A stretch of DNA of 32,000 bases from Geotalea daltonii FRC-32 (lineage in GTDB: Bacteria > Desulfobacterota > Desulfuromonadia > Geobacterales > Geobacteraceae), in NCBI RefSeq assembly GCF_000022265.1, contig NC_011979.1, forward strand, positions 2,460,001 through 2,492,000. Direction: 5' to 3'. Positions within the stretch are counted from its first letter, which is position 1; each line of letters opens with the position of its first letter. Made by a program: the position numbers and the translations under genes. Positions 27,164-32,000 of this stretch are shown here, piece after piece. Under the pieces are notes generated by a model that saw nothing but the letters and a program-made list of their open reading frames with translations, was not told where the DNA came from and ran no database searches.

Positions 27164-28093
27164 ATGACCATGCTCGAAACTATAAAAGCACTGGCGGATC
27201 CATGCCGGCTGCGTCTTCTCGCCATACTTGATTCGGGGGAGTTTACCGTCCAGGAATTGACCTCTATACTCGGCATGGGGCAGTCGCGTATTTCGCGTCA
27301 CTTGAAAATACTGACGGAGGCGGGAGTGCTTGCTGTAAAAAGGCAGGGAACCTGGAGCTATTACCGGGTAGGGGATGCCAATGCTTTTTTCACCGCCATT
27401 TCTCCTGCCATGAAAACGGAGCTCGAAACGCTGGACAACCGGACTCAGGATGTTGCGGCCGTGGCCCGGGTGCTGGAAGACCGTCGCCGGCGCAGCCAGC
27501 AATTTTTCGATCAGCATGCCCGCCAGTGGGATGCCCTTGTCTGCACTCTGTTGCCGGTGCCGGAATATGTAGCACAGTTGGTTCGGTTGGTGCCACAAAA
27601 GTCAGAAGTTTTAGAGATAGGCGTCGGCACTGGAAATCTGCTGCCTGAGCTGGCCAATGTCGCATCCCGCACTATCGGCGTTGATCACTCACCGGCAATG
27701 CTTGAGGAAGCAGGGCGCCGGGTAGCGGCGACAGGATTGCACGGGGTTGAGCTGCGTCTGGGAGAGATGACGCACCTGCCTGTTGCCGATGGCGGCGTGG
27801 GATGCGTGGTGGCCAATATGGTGTTGCACCATGCTGCGGACCCGCTTGCCGTTCTGCATGAGATGGGGCGGGTTTTAGTTGTCGGCGGTGTTCTGGTAAT
27901 TGCCGACCTGGCAAGGCATGAGCGGGAATGGGCGCGGGAACAACTGGCTGATCAGTGGCTGGGCTTTGAGAAAGAGGAGCTGATTGGGTGGATAAAAGCT
28001 GCAGGTTTTAATCATGTGGCTTGTCATCGATATGAAGGAGCAGCCGGCCAGGAGTCGGTGTTCCTGGTGCAAGCCATCAAAGATAAAGGCTGA
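27164..28093 (+). CDS. sahR: ArsR-family HTH fused to a class I SAM-dependent methyltransferase-like domain (SahR-type regulator)
   Basis: N-terminal ArsR wHTH (LADPCRLRLLAIL...ELTSILGMGQSRISRHLKIL). C-terminal MTase motif I (VLEIGVGTGNL) and post-I/II motifs. The gene lies immediately upstream of ahcY. Confidence 0.8.
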   Translation: MTMLETIKALADPCRLRLLAILDSGEFTVQELTSILGMGQSRISRHLKILTEAGVLAVKRQGTWSYYRVGDANAFFTAISPAMKTELETLDNRTQDVAAVARVLEDRRRRSQQFFDQHARQWDALVCTLLPVPEYVAQLVRLVPQKSEVLEIGVGTGNLLPELANVASRTIGVDHSPAMLEEAGRRVAATGLHGVELRLGEMTHLPVADGGVGCVVANMVLHHAADPLAVLHEMGRVLVVGGVLVIADLARHEREWAREQLADQWLGFEKEELIGWIKAAGFNHVACHRYEGAAGQESVFLVQAIKDKG

Positions 28094-28129
28094 CTTTGTC
28101 GGAAAATATAGTGAAAAAGGAGAATACAC

Positions 28130-29524
28130 ATGCCACAGGATTTTAAAGTAGCCGATCTGTCCCTGGCTGAATGGGGAAAAAAGGAGATCAGGATTGCTGA
28201 AACGGAAATGCCTGGTTTGATGGCCATTCGCGAGGAGTATGCCGGTAAACAGCCGCTGAAAGGGGCACGCATCACCGGTTCGCTGCATATGACCATCCAG
28301 ACTGCGGTTCTCATCGAAACACTCAAGGCGCTTGGTGCTGAGGTACGCTGGGCCTCGTGCAACATCTTTTCCACCCAGGATCATGCCGCTGCCGCCATTG
28401 CTGCCCAGGGCATTCCCGTTTTCGCTTACAAGGGGGAGTCGCTGGAAGAATACTGGGACTACACCCACCGTATTTTCGAATGGCCCGATGGCGGTTTTTC
28501 CAACATGATTCTCGACGATGGCGGCGATGCGACGCTTTTGCTCCACTTGGGAACCAGGGCGGAGAAGGACGCGAAGGTGCTGGAGAAGCCCGGTTCGGAG
28601 GAAGAGATCATTCTTTTTGCCGCCATCAGGAAAAAGCTGGACACAGATCCCACCTGGTACTCTACCCGCATTGCCCAGATCAAGGGGGTGACGGAGGAGA
28701 CCACCACCGGCGTGCACCGTCTTTACCAGATGCACGAGCGGGGGGAACTGCGCTTCCCGGCCATCAACGTCAACGACTCGGTTACCAAATCCAAGTTCGA
28801 CAACCTCTATGGCTGCCGCGAATCGCTGGTGGACGGCATCAAGCGGGCAACGGACGTCATGGTGGCGGGCAAAGTCGCCCTGGTCTGCGGCTATGGGGAT
28901 GTGGGCAAGGGCTCCGCACAAGCCCTCAGGGCGCTGTCTGCTCAGGTGTGGGTGACGGAGGTCGATCCCATCTGCGCTCTGCAGGCTGCCATGGAAGGGT
29001 ATCGCGTGGTGACCATGGATTACGCCGCCGACAAGGCGGATATCTTCGTCACCTGCACCGGCAACTACCATGTCATTACCCATGAACACATGCTGAAAAT
29101 GAAGGATCAGGCCATTGTCTGCAACATCGGGCATTTCGATAACGAGATCGAGGTGGCGGCCCTGGAAAAATACCAGTGGGAAGAGATCAAGCCCCAGGTG
29201 GACCACGTGATCATGCCGTCGGGCAACCGGATTATCCTGTTGGCCAAGGGGAGACTGGTGAATCTGGGTTGCGCCACCGGCCATCCCAGCTATGTCATGT
29301 CCTCTTCCTTCGCCAACCAGACCATCGCCCAGATCGAGATCTTCAGCAATCCCGGCAAATATGCGGTGGGGGTCTACACATTACCCAAGCACCTGGATGA
29401 GAAAGTGGCGAGGTTGCAACTGAAGAAGCTGAATGCCCAGTTAAGCATCCTGACCAAGGAGCAAGCCGATTACATAGGCGTAAATGTGGACGGGCCTTAC
29501 AAATCTGAGCATTATCGGTATTAG
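28130..29524 (+). CDS. ahcY: adenosylhomocysteinase
   Basis: Full-length AhcY signatures: [20 protein letters not shown], [16 protein letters not shown], the NAD-binding GYGDVGKG, and the C-terminal Y(K/R)Y-type tail. AAGGAG RBS. Confidence 0.98.
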   Translation: MPQDFKVADLSLAEWGKKEIRIAETEMPGLMAIREEYAGKQPLKGARITGSLHMTIQTAVLIETLKALGAEVRWASCNIFSTQDHAAAAIAAQGIPVFAYKGESLEEYWDYTHRIFEWPDGGFSNMILDDGGDATLLLHLGTRAEKDAKVLEKPGSEEEIILFAAIRKKLDTDPTWYSTRIAQIKGVTEETTTGVHRLYQMHERGELRFPAINVNDSVTKSKFDNLYGCRESLVDGIKRATDVMVAGKVALVCGYGDVGKGSAQALRALSAQVWVTEVDPICALQAAMEGYRVVTMDYAADKADIFVTCTGNYHVITHEHMLKMKDQAIVCNIGHFDNEIEVAALEKYQWEEIKPQVDHVIMPSGNRIILLAKGRLVNLGCATGHPSYVMSSSFANQTIAQIEIFSNPGKYAVGVYTLPKHLDEKVARLQLKKLNAQLSILTKEQADYIGVNVDGPYKSEHYRY

Positions 29525-29582
29525 ACGCATGATGTCGGCTGGACTTTTTTTTCTGAAATAAGTATATTCATTGTGGTTATGG

Positions 29583-29608
29583 GCCGCCGATTTTTTTTCG
29601 GCGGCTTT
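29583..29608 (+). terminator. hairpin downstream of ahcY (probable terminator)
   Basis: GCCGCCGA-ttttttt-TCGGCGGC forms an 8-bp stem followed by TTT. A T9 run at 29545-29553 precedes it. Confidence 0.5.
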
Positions 29609-29637
29609 CGCACGTCCAGCAATAAAAGGAGCAAAAG

Positions 29638-30423
29638 ATGAAGAGTTTGACTACTGCAGTAGTGTTGGTGACTCTAATGGCTGGAAGCGCCTCGGCCATG
29701 TCCAAGGAGGGGTGTGGCGGGGAATGTGCCTCGTGTCATCCTCTTTCTGTGAAAGAGGCCAATGCACTTGTAAAAGACCTTGGGGGGCGGGTAACAAAGG
29801 TGAAATTTCCGGCCATGCGTGGCGTCTGGGAGCTTGACATGGAGAAGGATGGTAAAAAGGCCGTCGCCTACCTGGATTACGGCAAGAAACACGTCATTCC
29901 CGGCCCCATATTCAATCTGGCGACTAAAAAACCCATAAGTGGCGGGGCACAACAGCCGGCCGGAGTAACCAAGGTGAATCCGGCTCTTCTTACGCCTGCC
30001 AACTCCATAATTCTCGGAAATCCTCAGGGGAAAAAAAGGCTTTTTGTCTTTACCGATCCAGATTGCCCCTTTTGCGCAAAACTGCATGTGGAGCTGAAGA
30101 AGCTTATCGCCATGGATCCGTCGGTAGTCGTGTACGTGAAACTGTTCCCGTTGAAAATGCATCCCGCAGCCTACGACAAATCCCGGGTCATACTCCAGGG
30201 ACCGTCGGCCAAGCTTCTCGACGATGCCTTTGCCAAGGTGACCTTGCCTGCTCCTGGCCCTAATACGCCGACCAAAGGTGTGGAGGAAAATATCAAGCTT
30301 GCCGGGCGGCTCGGCGTCAATTCTACGCCGACGATGATTTTTTCCGATGGCAGGGTGGTGGCCGGCTCAAAGTCTGCCACTGAAATTCAGGCTCTTTTTA
30401 AGATTAAAAAGCCGCATAAATGA
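29638..30423 (+). CDS. DsbC/DsbG-family periplasmic thiol:disulfide isomerase with extra N-terminal CXXCH motif
   Basis: Signal peptide ending ASA. DsbC-type dimerisation segment (YLDYGKKHVIPGPIFNL). Thioredoxin-fold CPFC (30064-30075) and GVNSTPT cis-Pro loop. An extra C-x3-CASCH motif sits at 29713-29739. Confidence 0.8.
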   Translation: MKSLTTAVVLVTLMAGSASAMSKEGCGGECASCHPLSVKEANALVKDLGGRVTKVKFPAMRGVWELDMEKDGKKAVAYLDYGKKHVIPGPIFNLATKKPISGGAQQPAGVTKVNPALLTPANSIILGNPQGKKRLFVFTDPDCPFCAKLHVELKKLIAMDPSVVVYVKLFPLKMHPAAYDKSRVILQGPSAKLLDDAFAKVTLPAPGPNTPTKGVEENIKLAGRLGVNSTPTMIFSDGRVVAGSKSATEIQALFKIKKPHK

Positions 30424-30446
30424 TGACCAACATGGATGAAAAGAAA

Positions 30447-30472
30447 GGCCTGTCGATGGGACAGGCCTTTTT
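30447..30472. terminator. bidirectional rho-independent terminator
   Basis: GGCCTGTC-gatgg-GACAGGCC stem. It is flanked by TTTTT on the plus strand and by a TTTCTTTTC equivalent on the minus strand. Confidence 0.75.
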
Positions 30473-30548
30473 CTTATTTCGTGGAATTTTCTTTTTTGTT
30501 TTCTCCATCCTTTTTCCCCCGACCCGCGGTGGAGCATGCGTCGGCCAT

Positions 30549-30638
30549 TCAGGTGGAGACGCCGAGACGTGGGAGGATATATTTCTGTAAGACTACCCAC
30601 AAGACGAGAAATCCCAGCACTAAAAAAATCTCTTGCAT
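30549..30638 (-). CDS. candidate small membrane protein, 29 aa to the first TGA (54 aa if the TGA is decoded)
   Basis: AAGGAGG lies 6 nt upstream of ATG (30638). The product MQEIFLVLGFLVLWVVLQKYILPRLGVST has one hydrophobic helix followed by K/R. The ORF is divergent from fur and is not in the supplied ORF track because it is too short. Confidence 0.35.
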   Translation of the reverse strand: MQEIFLVLGFLVLWVVLQKYILPRLGVST

Positions 30639-30716
30639 GAAAACCTCCTTTTTCCCAATAAAGTAACATATATTCTAAAAACTGCATACAACGAAAATCA
30701 GACTTGCAAAAAACGG

Positions 30717-30745
30717 TTGACATACCCATTGTCTATCGCTATAGT
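30717..30745 (+). promoter_or_regulatory. sigma70 promoter of fur
   Basis: TTGACA (30717-30722), a 17-nt spacer, then TATAGT (30740-30745). Confidence 0.6.
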
Positions 30746-30759
30746 GAAAATCATTTTCA
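30745..30759. promoter_or_regulatory. Fur box (autoregulation)
   Basis: TGAAAAT-C-ATTTTCA is a perfect 7-1-7 palindrome matching the core of the Fur consensus TGATAATNATTATCA. It abuts the -10 hexamer. Confidence 0.7.
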
Positions 30760-30773
30760 ATCCGGAGAGGCCT

Positions 30774-31205
30774 GTGAAGCGTGCCAAGAAAAAAGCTTTC
30801 AGCGAGTTTATTGCCCAGAAGGGCCTCAAGTCCACGCGCCAGCGTGACATTATCCTCGATTTCTTCCTGTCTTCGTCGGAACACATGAGCCTTGAAGAGC
30901 TTTATCTCAAACTTCGGGCAAAGCACCCGGCCATCGGCTATGCCACGGTCTATCGCACACTGAAGCTTTTCGCCGAGTCAGGCATAGCCCGTGAAATCCA
31001 GTTCGGTGACGGACAGACTCGTTATGAGCATGTGACTGAAGGGGAGCACCATGACCATCTGGTTTGTACCCGCTGCGGCGCCATTGCCGAGTTTGAGAAC
31101 GAGACCATTGAAAAGCTGCAGGACGAGATAGCTGCCGGTTACGGCTTTCTCATCAAAACACATAAGCTCGAGCTGTATGGCCTATGTGCCAAATGCCGCA
31201 GATAA
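30774..31205 (+). CDS. fur: ferric uptake regulator (Fur family)
   Basis: LKSTRQRDIIL, ATVYRTLKLF, EHHDHLVCxxCG and LYGLCxxC motifs. GTG start at 30774 with GGAGAGG 3 nt upstream. The ORF-track ATG 30633 would run through the gene's own promoter and Fur box. Confidence 0.88.
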   Translation: MKRAKKKAFSEFIAQKGLKSTRQRDIILDFFLSSSEHMSLEELYLKLRAKHPAIGYATVYRTLKLFAESGIAREIQFGDGQTRYEHVTEGEHHDHLVCTRCGAIAEFENETIEKLQDEIAAGYGFLIKTHKLELYGLCAKCRR

Positions 31206-31223
31206 AATTTTTTACCGCACATT

Positions 31224-31238
31224 TGAAAATGACTATCA
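31224..31238. promoter_or_regulatory. Fur box upstream of feoB
   Basis: TGAAAATGACTATCA matches the 15-nt Fur core at 13 of 15 positions. It is 26 nt upstream of the feoB ATG. Confidence 0.65.
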
Positions 31239-31263
31239 ATTACAACTAAGGAAGTAAACCCAA

Positions 31264-32000
31264 ATGGATGTATTCAAGAAAAAGGCTTCATGTCATTCCA
31301 ATGCCAGTGCATCAACCGGTGCGGCCAAGAAGGTCGCACTGGTGGGAAACCCTAATGTGGGGAAAAGTGTCCTTTTCAATGCCTTGACCGGTGCTTATGT
31401 CACGGTTTCCAATTACCCCGGCACTTCGGTAGAGGTGGCTCGCGGTTCCGCCTCGATCAACGGCGAAGTATGTGAGATCATAGACACGCCGGGCATGTAT
31501 TCTCTCCTGCCGATTACCGAGGAGGAGCGGGTAGCCCGCGAGATTCTACTCAAGGAATCTCCCGATGTGGTTCTGCACGTGCTGGATGCAAGGAACCTGG
31601 AGCGGATGCTGGTCATGACCCTGCAGCTTATCGATGCCCAGTTGCCGGTGGTGCTGGTGGTGAATATCATGGACGAGGCGGAGCGGATGGGACTTGTAAT
31701 CGACATCCCACTCCTGCAGGAAAAACTCGGCATTCCGGTCATAGGTGCTGCCACCGCCAAAAAACGTGGCCTGGAAGAGATCAGGAAGGCCATTACCGGC
31801 TACAGCAGGAAGACTCGTGCGGTATTCGGCTACAGCAAACGGCTGGAGGCGGATATCGAAAGTGTCGCTCAGCTGATCAAGTGCGACTATCCGTTAGCGA
31901 AAAAATCGCTGGCGCTGCTGCTCTTGCAGAGGGACGAAGAGGTAACCGCCCTCATTGCCGAACGTGAAGGTGAAGGTTTTGCAGCCGTTTCCGACAAAGT
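31264..32000 (+). CDS. feoB: ferrous iron transporter FeoB (3' end outside the window)
   Basis: My own translation of frame 1 from ATG 31264 (AAGGAAG RBS) gives VALVGNPNVGKSVLFNALTG (G1), NYPGTSVE (G2), IIDTPGMYS (G3) and VVNIMD (G4). The frame is open to the end of the window, so it is absent from the ORF track. Confidence 0.93.
   Translation, partial: MDVFKKKASCHSNASASTGAAKKVALVGNPNVGKSVLFNALTGAYVTVSNYPGTSVEVARGSASINGEVCEIIDTPGMYSLLPITEEERVAREILLKESPDVVLHVLDARNLERMLVMTLQLIDAQLPVVLVVNIMDEAERMGLVIDIPLLQEKLGIPVIGAATAKKRGLEEIRKAITGYSRKTRAVFGYSKRLEADIESVAQLIKCDYPLAKKSLALLLLQRDEEVTALIAEREGEGFAAVSDK

Noticed and set aside
28094-28129. Possible SAH riboswitch upstream of ahcY.
   Set aside because: The gap is only 36 nt and contains just an RBS. 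Regulation is better explained by the SahR-type protein and its operator.
27875-29284. 469-aa ORF on the minus strand covering almost the whole of ahcY.
   Set aside because: It is antisense to a gene with unmistakable full-length AhcY motifs. Its translation is low-complexity (Gly/His/Arg/Pro/Leu-rich) with no motif or RBS. Long antisense ORFs of this kind are common opposite highly conserved GC-rich genes.

Overview
This is a 32-kb, gene-dense bacterial chromosomal segment of moderately high GC. I call 32 protein-coding genes and find no rRNA, tRNA, CRISPR array, IS element or integrase. The gene content suggests a Geobacter-like member of the Desulfuromonadales: many sigma54 activators, CXXCH proteins, a SahR-ahcY pair and dcuB. 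That taxonomic placement is inference only.

Confidently recognised genes are metK, ahcY, fur and feoB (3'-truncated). Others are a DcuA/B C4-dicarboxylate carrier with its sensor kinase and NtrC-type regulator and a GG-N10-GC sigma54 promoter, and an ArsR-methyltransferase fusion (SahR-like) with a palindromic operator. I also recognise an OmpR/HK pair, a RIC di-iron protein, a di-haem peroxidase, FmdE-like, ExeA/GspB-like, HIT, metallophosphoesterase, Usp, NPD-family and DsbC-like proteins.

The least explained block is at the left edge (1-5451). It is a tight co-directional cassette of five genes:
- a 5'-truncated HExxH zincin-like protein;
- a 511-aa protein with no motif I can assign;
- a divergent alpha-oxoamine-synthase-fold PLP enzyme with two catalytic His positions apparently replaced;
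- a GIY-YIG nuclease-domain protein;
- an amidohydrolase.

I cannot match this cassette to any known system, and its upstream boundary lies outside the window.

Other items worth checking:
- a 29-codon membrane ORF divergent from fur, whose in-frame TGA is followed by 24 more codons ending at a terminator (possible selenocysteine read-through);
- a G-run/C-run-rich structured leader upstream of the FmdE-like gene;
- an orphan sigma54 activator co-operonic with a nucleotidyltransferase and a TIM-barrel enzyme;
- a CXXCH motif on a DsbC-like protein.

All family assignments come from motif recognition by eye. No searches were run.
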